From: Fistulifera solaris
Lineage: Eukaryota
Assembly: GCA_030295235.1 (NCBI GenBank)
Contig: AP026151.1
Coordinates: forward strand, 372,001 to 436,000
Direction of reading: 5' to 3'
DNA length: 64,000 bases
Part shown: positions 23,549-34,908 of the stretch, piece after piece
Layout of the letters: every line of letters starts with the position of its first letter
Position numbering within the stretch: position 1 is the first letter of the stretch
The notes under the pieces: generated by a model
Database searches by the model: none
What the model was told of the DNA's origin: nothing
The model's input: only the letters and a program-made list of their open reading frames with translations
Translations under genes and position numbers: made by a program

Positions 23549-25939
23549 TTAAATACGCTTAATATGACGAATGCCCAACAAATCAAAGCACTGGTGCATG
23601 GCGAGTGTCGTGGCGTGACACAGCAACAAACGATTCGACATTTCGGGATCGCCCAACACGCGGCATTTCGTCACAAATTCCGAGGCCGCGTTGGCGAGCT
23701 TGTAGACGTAATCACAAATGTGGTAGGGATACAAATCGTCCAAGGTTTGTTCCATGACATCGGCGTATTTTTGTAAATGCAATACCAGGTTGCGTTCCGA
23801 GGGATGCGTAATTTTGACGGGGTGTTGTTGGCGCAGCAAGTCTTCGACGTCCACGTTAAATTCGGCCTTGGCCTTGGCGGCAATGCTTTCCAAACGCACA
23901 CGGGCGTACAACAAATACACCGCCGTATCACCACTTGTCGAAAGCATTTCATCGTAACTAAACTTGTAACTGCTGGTTGGATTGCGGCGCAAATCGTAGT
24001 ACTTGACGGCTCCGTATCCTATGGCTTCCGCGACTTCGTGGACTTCCTCTTCGGTAATGTTGGCCTTGCCTTCTTGGATGCGTTCGCGCAATTTGCTTTC
24101 CATCCGACTCACGGATTCATCCAAAAGGTCCACCAAGCGGACGGTTTCACCGGATCGGGTTTTGAAGCGTTTGCCATCTTCGCCATTTACGGTCCCAAAA
24201 CCAATGTGTTTCAATCGCTGACCATTCTGGAGCCAGCCAATTTCTTTGCCACCCGCAAAGACCAATTTGAAGTGATCATTCTGACCTAGATCGGTAATGG
24301 CAATGATACGGTCGGCTTTCAATTCAAAGAGACGGTACTTGAGGGCCGCCATGTCGGTGGAATCGTAGCCGTAACCACCATCGGATTTTTTGCAACATGA
24401 GGGGAACTTTCATTCCTTCCACAAACACACATTTGGCACCGCCTTCTTCAATCGACAAACGACCCGCTTTCTCAAATTCTTCAATGACGGCGGGAATTTT
24501 GGGATTGTAGAAGGATTCACCGCATTCCTTGACGTTCACGTCGAGCCGCTGGTATACCTTTTCAAATTCCAACCGCGACACATCACAGAGCATTTTCCAT
24601 ATTTTCAAACATTGCGGATCGCCCGACTGCAATTCCACCACGTTAGTTTGCGATGTCTTTTTAAAATCCGCATCGGCATCAAACCGGGCCTTGGCGTTTT
24701 TGTAAAATTCCGTCAAATCGGAAATATTGGGCAATGCACCATCTTGGGCAATGACTTGGGGATATTCTTCTTTCAAGTACTGAATGAGCATTCCGAATTG
24801 TGTGCCCCAATCACCAACATGATTCACGCGATGAACGTAATGTCCGGCGGCTTCCAACACACGACACACGGATTCACCGATAATGGTGGACCGCAAATGT
24901 CCCACGTGCATTTCCTTGGCAATGTTGGGAGACGAGAAATCCACGACACAAATTTCGTTTTGGGAAATCGGCGGAAAGGGCAATTGGCCGGTAAACAACC
25001 ATCCATTGATGTGTTGTTCCAAAAAGGCCGGTTGCAATCGACAGAGAACGAATCCGGGTCCGTTAACTTGCAAATCCATCAAAATGGGATGATCGGTTCC
25101 CACGGCCCGCACAATGGCTTGTGCGACATCTTGGGGTGACTGGTATTCCGACGACGACGAGCCCGGTTGTTTTTTTGAGAAAGGCAAAGGTCGGCATGGC
25201 CGCATTGCATTGAAAATCTCCATGTTGGGTATTTTGACAGGCTTGTGTAATATTTCCCGGCAACGCAATGTCATTTCCAAAGAGTTGGCGGATAATTTTA
25301 TCAAAGATCATATCCACCACTTTACTGAGACGCGGTTCGAAACAAGCCAATGCTTTTCTGCGCCGTCATCAGCGCAGACTGATGAATGTGGACGTATTGT
25401 TGCACTTCCGGTGGAAAGGATGCGACAGGGAGCGTCGAAAGTGTGGTTAGGATGCAAATGTCGGCGACCGTGACCGAGGCACCCACCAATTGCGGTCGAG
25501 ACAAAGATTGCGCCAAATGGGCCAATCCTGTGGCAGGATCCACTCGTAGTACCGTTCGTTCCCATTCCAACCATTCTTCCATCATCATTTGTTCCGAAAA
25601 CGTTGTTTTGGAAGCCGCAAACGCGATGGCTTGCGCCATGGCATTGCCTCCGCCAAAGACTTTTTCGTTGCCGTATTGCAGGACGGCATGACGCGATGTG
25701 GTCGTGACACCGGATACCAAAGGGACTTGATAATGGTGGGCCGTCCAAAGGACTTTGAGTGACGCCGGATCGTCCATAGAAGCATTTAATAACGTCCATT
25801 TGGGGGAAAAGACGGGAGTTTCGACCGCTTCGGCGATGGGAGGAGTCGTTGCTTTGTGATTGTTTTTGGCTTGGGCTTTTTCGGCTTTCTTTTGCATCTT
25901 TTTCTGCTGTCCTTTCGATAATCCTTCTTCTTCTGACAT
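23549..25939 (-). CDS. RARS: Arginyl-tRNA synthetase (cytosolic) with N-terminal GST-like extension
   Basis: VDFSSPNIAKEMHVGHLRSTIIG (HIGH motif), NHVGDWGTQFG, GESFYN, KRFKTRSGETVRL, GDTAVYLLYA. Start MSEEEGLSK at 25939; frameshifts near 25310, 25200 and 24390. Confidence 0.95.
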
Positions 25940-26419
25940 TGTTGCGTCTTGTTCCTGAAATAATTGAACCTCTTTTTCGATAAGTGCAATACTTTTAATT
26001 GAATGAAAGTAGTGAAAGCTGTCTATCTCGTCGCTTTTTCTCGTCTCTATCATCGTCGCACCTCGTTGCGACCACGAAATTTTGGCGTCGGACATCTGGA
26101 CAGGCGGCGACAGGAAACTAGGGTCAATTATTACTAGTCTATAGTACTCTCATTGACTAATAGGGTGCGATGTGTGACGTGGCGAACTTGATAAGTTGTT
26201 TGGGAAGGCTTTCTTTACCAACAAAGGCCGAAGCTTAACAGAGGAACTTACGGTGCGAATGCGGTCGAATGGAACGCAAAAAGTGACGACTGATTGAAAA
26301 AAAACACGCGCATTACGGATACCTGGACGATATTAGTAGCTTCATAGAGAGCGCAAAGCAGCCATAAATATAACATAGATGACATTAGTATTACTCTGAA
26401 CATGCTATTATTATTATTA

Positions 26420-27569
26420 TTACAATCGACTCCAAGGCGGCGGTGGATACTCCTGCAGCAGTTGCTGCGCCTGCTGCACAATCTGCGGCAACAAGGCACC
26501 GACGTGTCGTGCCGTAGCACTGCTCGCGACCCCCCTGTTGATGGCGTTGGGCGACTCCTTGCACAATGACGGCATTTTTGAAAAACAAAAAGGCCAAATA
26601 AAAACCACTCCACGCCCACGCCGTGTCGAAATCCTGGGCCGAGTACAGTTGCACCAATTCCTGACGGGAGGGAATACCCGGTACCGTCCGACCGGCAATG
26701 CCGGAAATTCCGACCTGGTCGGGAGAAATAAAATACATCATGGAGAGATTGGCGAGATCGCAGAGACCATCCCCGAGTGTACTGAGTTCCCAATCCAGGA
26801 CAGCAATGATGCGAGGTTCGGTCGGATGAAACACCAAATTGTCCATTTTGAAGTCACCATGCAACAACGATAGTTTGGATTGCGGACACTGTTGGGCATA
26901 TCGGACCAATTGCTGGGCCAATGCGGGAATCAGGTTCGGATCCTCGTCGTTCATCATTAACGCCGATTGTCGTCGACTGACGGCCATTAATCGCTCCAAT
27001 TGACGTTCCACATACCGACCCTGTTTCCCATAGTCAGCCAAACCCAATTGTTTCCAATCCACGGCATGATGCAAATTTTTCAGAACCACAATGGTATTAC
27101 GAAAGGCCGCTCGTCGATCGTCTTCCGAAAGACCCGGCAAGGCCGGATCGGTAAAGATGCGTCCGGGCACGAATTCCATAATATAAAATTCCGCTCCTAG
27201 GATGGTAGTATCACTGCAATACGCATAAACCTGGGGAACGGGTACTTGTTGCAAAGGATGCTGTTGATTGTGTTGTCGCAAGGCTTGCAGGATGCGATAT
27301 TCGCGATGCAAGGCGTGCGCGGATGCGTGCGCGGTGATGGATGGTTTCTTGCGCAATACGAGTGTACAATCCTGAAACATCAATTGATAGGTCGGATTGG
27401 ATTGTCCGAATCCAAACTGACGGATCGAAAGATTGGATGATTGTTGGGAAGGCGACAGAAGAGCGGACAAGGCCGGTTGTTGAGACATCCATCGACACAA
27501 AGAATCGACATTGAGAGGTTCACGGACCGGGGTCGTCGCTTGACCCTGATCGCCTGGTCGTTTTGTCAT
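26420..27569 (-). CDS. Aminoglycoside-phosphotransferase-fold kinase resembling the ACAD10/ACAD11 kinase domain; C-terminal PTS1 (SRL)
   Basis: QFGFGQSNPTY, LVLRKKP…SAHALHREYRIL, FYIMEFVPGRIF, HGDFKMDN, AVLDWELSTLG. After a frameshift near 26530 the frame ends …EYPPPPWSRL*. Confidence 0.85.
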
Positions 27570-28008
27570 GTTGCTGGGAAATAATAAGTGAATAATGCAA
27601 ATGGATGAAGGAATGTCATCCTTGTCGCACATCTTTTCTGGCTTTCAATTTTTTCTTATTGCAATCAACATCGTCAGTCTTGGGTTTTGTGTTTCATTCC
27701 CGACTTAGCGATACCGCAAAGACAAATAACAGCTATACACAAAAGCTGAAGTCTACATTTCATAGGATAGCATGAAATAAAGTATAAAACGCGTTGTATG
27801 CGATCGGCACTCAATCAGATAGTTACAATAAGTGGCTATCTAAAACGATGTAGTTGACCGGCACTCATACTTGACCGCTTCATCTTCGAACCGGTTCGGT
27901 GCCCATCGTCGGTCGCATTCCTTTTGTTGTGTATTGTGCGGACGAAAGATATCCATTGTTGTTGCAATCCATCTCTTTCTTCTTTTATACTTGTGATTTT
28001 TTACAGAA

Positions 28009-28771
28009 ATGGATACTGTAATTGGAGTGCAATACAAAGACGGCGGTGAGTGGCTTCATTTCGTGAGGATGAGGATTCTTTTGTTGTCTTTTTCTGACTG
28101 ACTTCTTGTCAATATTTTGCAACAGTGATCATTGCGGCGGATCAAGCCAATGCTCGATCAATTTTGATTTATCAATCGAATTTAGATAAAATTAAACAAC
28201 TCACGTCGCATTCCGCCATGGGTGTTTCCGGACCCAATTGCGATTTAGTGCAATTCACCGAGTAAGTTTCTATACCCAAGCCATTTTACTTCTGTCCTAT
28301 TGTCACCCTCTCATTTGTCATTATTTCATTTCTCGCTTAGATACATTTCAAAAATCTGCAATTGTACGAACTCCGACATGAGGGTACGAAATTGTCGACG
28401 AAAGCCCAAGCCAACTTTTGTCGCAATGAATTGGCGGTTGCGTTGCGCAAAGGTCCGTATCAAGTGAGTGCCCTATTGGGAGGATTTGACCAACAAACAA
28501 ACAAGCCGTCCTTGTATTATTTGGATTACATGGGAACATTGCAAAAGTGCCCTTCGGGGCGCAGGGATACGCCCAATACTTTACGTTGTCGACGATGGAT
28601 CGGGAATATCGTGACGGTTTGGATGAAACGGCCGCACTCGACATTGTCGGCAAGGCCATTCATGAATTGCAGTCGCGGTTTTTGATCCAACAGAACAATT
28701 TTATCATCAAAGTAATTGATCAAAATGGGGTACGAGTGCACAGTCAGGGTGCGGATCCGGCGGATACGTAA
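28009..28771 (+). CDS. PSMB2: 20S proteasome subunit beta-4 (PSMB2/PRE1)
   Basis: MDTVIGVQYKDG|VIIAADQANARSIL…, ANFCRNELAVALRKGPYQV…LLGGFD, LYYLDYMG, GYAQYFTLSTMDR. Introns 28046-28125 and 28262-28340. Confidence 0.93.
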
Positions 28772-29144
28772 CGGAATAGTGTCTATTGAAACATAAATAT
28801 AAATGAAAACACGATACGTCTGTTTTATAGGGCGACGGATCAGCCAAGAGTTATGTTTGATGTTATACTAGATATTCTTGCTAGAAGTTACACCTCATTT
28901 TTTGGAAAGAGAGTCAGGAGATGATCATCATCGACGTTAACCGAGTCTTGAGTGTGTACGACTCAACCCAGCCAGAAAGTCCTCCATCGTACTGGTACTG
29001 CTTAGCGGTGCGCCTCACCGCCGTGATTGAATGCGACGAGAGAGCGAGGTCATTTGTTGTTGCATAGTAATACATTCGTCTTTTGTCGTTCCATTGATTG
29101 CTGATTCTTTATTTTAAATCAATCGAATCATCGAACGCTCAATC

Positions 29145-29797
29145 ATGATGGAAGGAACGGATGAAGATAGCCGACCCTCGGCGGAGCAAACACGTGCCAA
29201 TCGTAAGTCGAAATATTTGGCTGATATATTTACTTTAGCAACCGCCATCTCACCGTCTTTGTTTGTAGTGCAACGAGCCATTCAGTATTGGCTAGACAAA
29301 TCAACGATTCACACGGGTCCTCGATGGGCATTCTTTGCGTTCGTGTTGGCCCTCTTTTTCTCCGCATATACCTGGCGAATGGTTACTTTATCGTGGCGTA
29401 CGGATTGGGTATTTTTCTGCTCAACAACTTTATTGCCTTTTTGTCGCCCATGGACGATCCTTCCGATGACGATGGGTTACGGCTACCGACTTCCGATTCG
29501 GAAGGCAAAGAATTCCGGCCCTTTACCCGACGGTTGCCCGAATTCAAATTCTGGTTGGCGTGTACGCGCGGTACTTTCACGGCCTTGGTCATGACCTTCT
29601 TTTCCATCTTTGATATTCCGGTCTTTTGGCCCATCTTGCTCATGTACTTTTTCATACTATTCTTCATGACCATGAAACGACAAATTATGCACATGTACAA
29701 GCACAAATATGTTCCGATTAGTTTCGGGAAAGCCAAGTACAAAGATGCGGGTGTCGAACATGGTATGTATGGTGGTGGAATGGGAAAGAAGCGATAA
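29145..29797 (+). CDS. RER1: Golgi-to-ER retrieval receptor Rer1
   Basis: QYWLDKST…[62 protein letters not shown]. Intron ~29203-29268. Confidence 0.95.
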
Positions 29798-29845
29798 AAA
29801 GAACTCTAAATAGTAGCGCATCTTTTTTGGAAAACGTTACTTTCA

Positions 29846-32090
29846 TTACATGACCACCTCTTCTTTCGAACTGAGAATCTTCTCGACCGTCAACTCCACA
29901 AACACATAATTGTTTTCATCCTCACTGTCGTAGCCCTGCAACAGCGCCAAATGCTTGTCACGCTGTCGGCGCAGCAGGGTACGGTTGCGATCCAACAAGG
30001 CGCGGATTTTCGCCCGTTCCGCGCGTTTTCCGGCCGTCTCTTCCAAGTAACGAGCGCGTTCGCGTCGACGATCGGCCTTGTCGAATTGCTTTTCGTACGT
30101 TTTGAGATTTTGGCGGACCTTCTTGATGTCTTTCTTCGACAACAACTTTTCGCGAGGACGCCATTCGAATTCGTAAAATGTTTCGAACGATTCCTGATAC
30201 AGCTGTTTGCCTTGAAAACTCCACAAAATGTAACCATTGTCCATGGCAAACTTGAAATGGCCTCCTTCGAGAGGCTGCGTGACGCACGTCGCGACCGTGC
30301 GGCCTGAAGGGTCCCATAGGACTTGGTTGGCGCGATAATGTTCCTTGACGACCAACGTCTTGCTATCCACGTCATAAAATTCAATCGAGCCGGAGGCCGA
30401 GTCGCCCAAACTAGCCATGATAATCGTGGAACCAGCGGGACTCCAGAATAGATAGTTGCACTGCTTTCCTTGCAGTGTCTCGATCTTGTTCAGTTCCGGT
30501 ACTTTGGCTTGAGGAACTTTCTTGAGTTGCTTCGCACCCACCACTCCCGTAGCCGGCAAAGCGTCAGGCTTCTTCATCATATCATAGAAGGATACTTGCA
30601 CTTTGGAAGCCGTGGGATTTTCGGCATGAATCATGGCAAATCGAGAACCGTTGGGTTCCCACGTTAATGCCATGACCGCATCTTGGATATCTAGCATTTC
30701 CACCGGAATACCCGGTTGACTCAATCGGAACAACTCGATGTTGTTGTAGAATGTTTTCTTGGATTTCGTATGCCGGGTCACCTTGACCGCCAGATAATCA
30801 CCGGTGGGAGAGAAGACCATGTTGCATTTCGAAACGTTGAACAGATTCTTTTGCCGTAATTTTTGACGGCTGGGAATTTCAATCAAGTCGACATGAGCCG
30901 GTGCATTGTTTGCTTCGGGTGCCTGCCAATACGTATGTCAAAGTACGTTCTGTGAGATATACCCAACCAATACAAAAGCGCATTGCACAACAACGACAAA
31001 ACGAATCGACTTACCCAATAAGCAATAATATTGGCGACAGGACTCCATTGAAATTCTTTAATGCCATCACACGCCAACGAACGACTGTCCAATAAACGCA
31101 TACTGGGCGATTCGTAGATCGTAATCAGATCTTGGCCCATCCGCGCCAAGTATTTGTCATCAAAACTCCACAAAAACGGCGGAGGCATCGCATCGCGGGC
31201 TTCTTTTCCGGAAACAACGCAAACGCACGCAGCAAGTTGCCGGTAGCAATGTGATAAATCTTAATGGCGGCCGGATCGGATGGATCATCATTGTTCGTGA
31301 GCAAATAATTCTCTTGCGGCGAAAAGACGACGCGCTTGACCCCGGGCGCGACAAAGCGACCAATCTTGTCGTAGCCTTTGCCTCCCCACAAAATGACACC
31401 CTTGTCTGGAACCAAGGTCGCCAAGTAGCTGCCGGCCGGACTCCAGTGACAGTAGTATTGACACCAGGCGACGCCTTGTTCCTTTTCGCGACTGCCATCG
31501 TAATCGACGACCGGATCACTCTTGTGATCGAACCAGTTAACGACCGTCTCATTTTGAAAGCGCAAGACAAAGGCATCTCGTTGATGCGGATCTTCGAGCC
31601 ATTCGGCGACGTTGGGTTTTTTCTTCGAACGGTGCCGGTGTGGGCGCGACAAATTCCGCCGCCGTGTCGAGTCCTTCCAATTGTTGACACCGCGAATACG
31701 ACAAGACCGATAATTGATGTTTCTTGTCAAAACTGTATCCCTGCAAAACCGTGACGGCTTTTTCGGCGTCTTCCGCCGTAGCGAATTCGACAATGCAAAA
31801 TCCTAACGACGAATCCTTTTCTTCATCGAACGGCATAAAGACACCATTGAATTGTGTGGCTTCGTTGGTGACGAGTGTCCCAATTTTGGTCGTCAATTTG
31901 ACGACGACGTTGGTCAATTTTTCCAATTTGGCTTGCGGGACTTTGGGGAGATTGGTAATAACGACGGATGTTTCAAAGGTCTTTCGTAAGGGAGGATAGT
32001 GTGGCTTGGGATCCAAGGGAGCGTCACTGAAATAACCATCGAGCTCTTCGGCTTCTTGAGCCAAGCGATCCAAATCTTCGGCGGGGGCAT
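29846..32090 (-). CDS. eIF3b: Eukaryotic translation initiation factor 3 subunit B
   Basis: N-terminal RRM (VVITNLPKV…GFCIVEF…LQGYSFDKKHQL), beta-propeller WSPAGSYLAT, FSPQENYL, WDPSGR, MDNGYILWSFQG, FEWRPR. Intron 30923-31014; several frameshifts. Confidence 0.95.
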
Positions 32091-32537
32091 ATTGAAGTAG
32101 TTGGTGTTACTTTCAGGTATTGACTGCAATCGATTTCAAGTGAAAGGAGTCAAGTCTAGACTTTAGTACTAATAGGGAATGGAAGGAGGAAACTTGGTTT
32201 TGTTGTTGCAAAGTCGGCAATGGTCCGGGAAAAAAGCATTATAGGGGGTTCAGTATCATTGTAAAAGTAGAAGGCAAACCTCCCGGATGGCACACTTTTT
32301 GTGGGGTGCGAATAAAAGCGTCTGTCATTCGATCGTTAAAGCTTTTACTGAGTCCCGCTCCGAGACAGACTGATTCACTTTTTCATTTTCAAAAAATGAA
32401 AGTCGTCGGCGGCATCAGGCCGCGATGCTTTCTATCTTCTATCAGCATGAACACATTCTGTGATTTATGAACAAGGACATTGCATTCGGTGGGATCAGTG
32501 AGTGTAGTAGATCGAGAGACAAGAGGCTTCTCTTGTC

Positions 32538-34525
32538 ATGAAACGACCAGTATTTGTCATTCTATTTGTCGCTACCCATGTGGTGGCCTTCCCATCACCA
32601 TTCTTTCACTGGACATCGAGAACCATTGCCGTACAATCCACCAAGCAACAAACCGACTACAATGATGATTCGTACGATGTCATTGTCATTGGAGCCGGTG
32701 TTGGTGGATTGTCGTGTGCAGCCTTGACGTCCAAATACGGCCTCCAGACACTCTGTGTGGAAGCTCACGATACGCCCGGAGGCGTCGCCCACAGTTTTCA
32801 ACGGTACAGTTCTTCCAGCAAGACACCGTTTTGTTTTGATTCGGGACCCTCCTTAGTCTCCGGCTTGTCGCAAAGGGCACCAATCCACTTCGACAAGTCC
32901 TGGATGCCATCGGGACGGCCGATGCTTTGCAGTGGAAAACGTACGATGGTTGGATCGTTCACGATACGTCCGATGACACTTCCTTTAAAATTACCACCGG
33001 ATCCAGTGGTGCCTTTGAAGACGCGATCGAACAAAAAGCTGGCAGAAATACTCGTCGTGAATTTGTCGAATTCAAAGCCAAGTTGTTGGAACGCAGTGGC
33101 TTGTCCGAGTCGTCCGCGTACATTCCCCCCTTTGCCTTGCGTGGCGACCTTCAAGCCGTGGCGAGTCTGTTGCCCTACTATTTCAAATTGTTGAGTATGG
33201 GTGGAAAAGGTCGACTCCTCACGGGACCCTTTTCCAAAGTCATGGACCTTTATGGGGTGAAAGATCCCTTCCTCCGCAAATGGTTCGATTATCTTTCGTT
33301 TGCTCTTTCGGGATTGGATGCATCGCAGACCCAAGCGGCGGCTGTCGCGTATATGATGATCGATTTACACAAACAGGGAGCTGTTTTGGATTATCCGGTC
33401 GGTGGAATGGATTCGTTAATTCAAGCGCTGGTGTCGGGGCTGCAAAAACACGGTGGACAACTCCAACTCAATAGTCGTGTCGAGCGGATTTTATTGTCGC
33501 AAGACGGTTCGAAAGCACGTGCGGAAGGAGTTGTGTTGGATGATGGGCGTGTCATCAAAGCAAAGAAAGGAGTGGTGTGCAATGCGCCGCTGTGGAATAT
33601 GGCCCGGATATTGGAAGACTCGATCGATGGGTACCACGGACAAGGGGTAGTGAAAGATGCGGTGGAAGCGATCCGTAAAGAAGCCGATGCGATGTGCATG
33701 ACGCGGTCTTTTATGCACCTGCATTTGGGAATTCCCAAAGATGGTCTCCCTGCACTGGAATGCCATCATTCCGTCCTGGATCTATCCGATGCGGTGGATG
33801 CGGAACAAAATATGGTGATTATCAGGTATGTTTCATGCGATACGCTGTAGTGCAGTTATTTCATGCCGAGTGTTCTCAATGTTTTGGGTCTTGTTTCGTG
33901 GTGCAACAGCATTCCAACGGTGTTCGACGAAAGTCTCGCCCCCGATGGATATCACGTCATACATGCCTATTCCGCCGCATGCGATGACTTTGATCCGTTC
34001 GAAAAGTTCCTGCCCGAAGGAAAAGAAACCGGCAAGGTGGGTATGAGTCCCAACACGATGAAAGCCGCATCCTACGGAAAGTCCGAAGAATATCGAGCAC
34101 TCAAAGCCGAGAAAATCGAGCTTCTTTGGAAGGCGGTTGAAAATGTCATTCCCGATGTCCGAGAAAGAGCCCAACGACCCGGTAGTATTGTATTAGAGGG
34201 AACCCCGCTGACCCACCGACGGTACAATCAACGATACCGCGGGACGTACGGTCCCGCCCCATCGGCCGGTCAAGATGTTTGGGAATTGGCGGGTGCCAAA
34301 ACTCGAATCGAAGGACTTTTGGCATGTGGAGATACAACATTTCCAGGTAAGTGAAGAATGAGCCCGCCCATTTTCTTTTCAATAGATCCGTCTCACACAC
34401 TAGTCTTAGGCATTGGTCTTCCGGGAGTTGCGGCGTCCGGAACGATTGCGGCCAATACCTTGGCTAGTCTCAAGTCGCAAACGGAGTTGATGGATGAGCT
34501 GCGCCGAAAAGGGGCGCTGCAATAA
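32538..34525 (+). CDS. Carotenoid isomerase (CRTISO)/phytoene dehydrogenase-family FAD oxidoreductase, probably plastid-targeted
   Basis: Signal peptide ending VVA-F; DVIVIGAGVGGL Rossmann motif, EAHDTPGG, FDSGPSL, YPVGG, SFMHLHLG, GTPLTHRRY…GTYGP, CGDTTFPGIGLPGVAASG. Introns ~33827-33910 and 34347-34410; frameshift near 32880. Confidence 0.9.
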
Positions 34526-34908
34526 TGTATTGTATCTTCCCGTAAAATAGAGCATTGTTGAATCCGTGGATGTAGCCTCTCTCTCTAGCTTGCCCTCTAC
34601 TTTTTCTTCTCGCGATTGATTACACCGTCCAAACAAAAGCAGGCCCGACCATTAAGGTTCGAGTGACCAGATCAGCTTTGGCCGACGTGCCAAGTACCAT
34701 GTTTTTCATTAAAACTTACCGGTACACAATGACGTATCATGTTTAAAAACGGTATTCATTCAAGTCGAGAAAATGGATGCCGCGCGGACCGTGGACGAAA
34801 AAGTGGAAGTGCACCGCAAACCGCAAGGAGACGATGAAAATCAAAGTCTCATTCATCCTGTTGCTAAAGACTTCGTAATTGAAATCTAACAAGTCTGCTA
34901 GCCAAACA

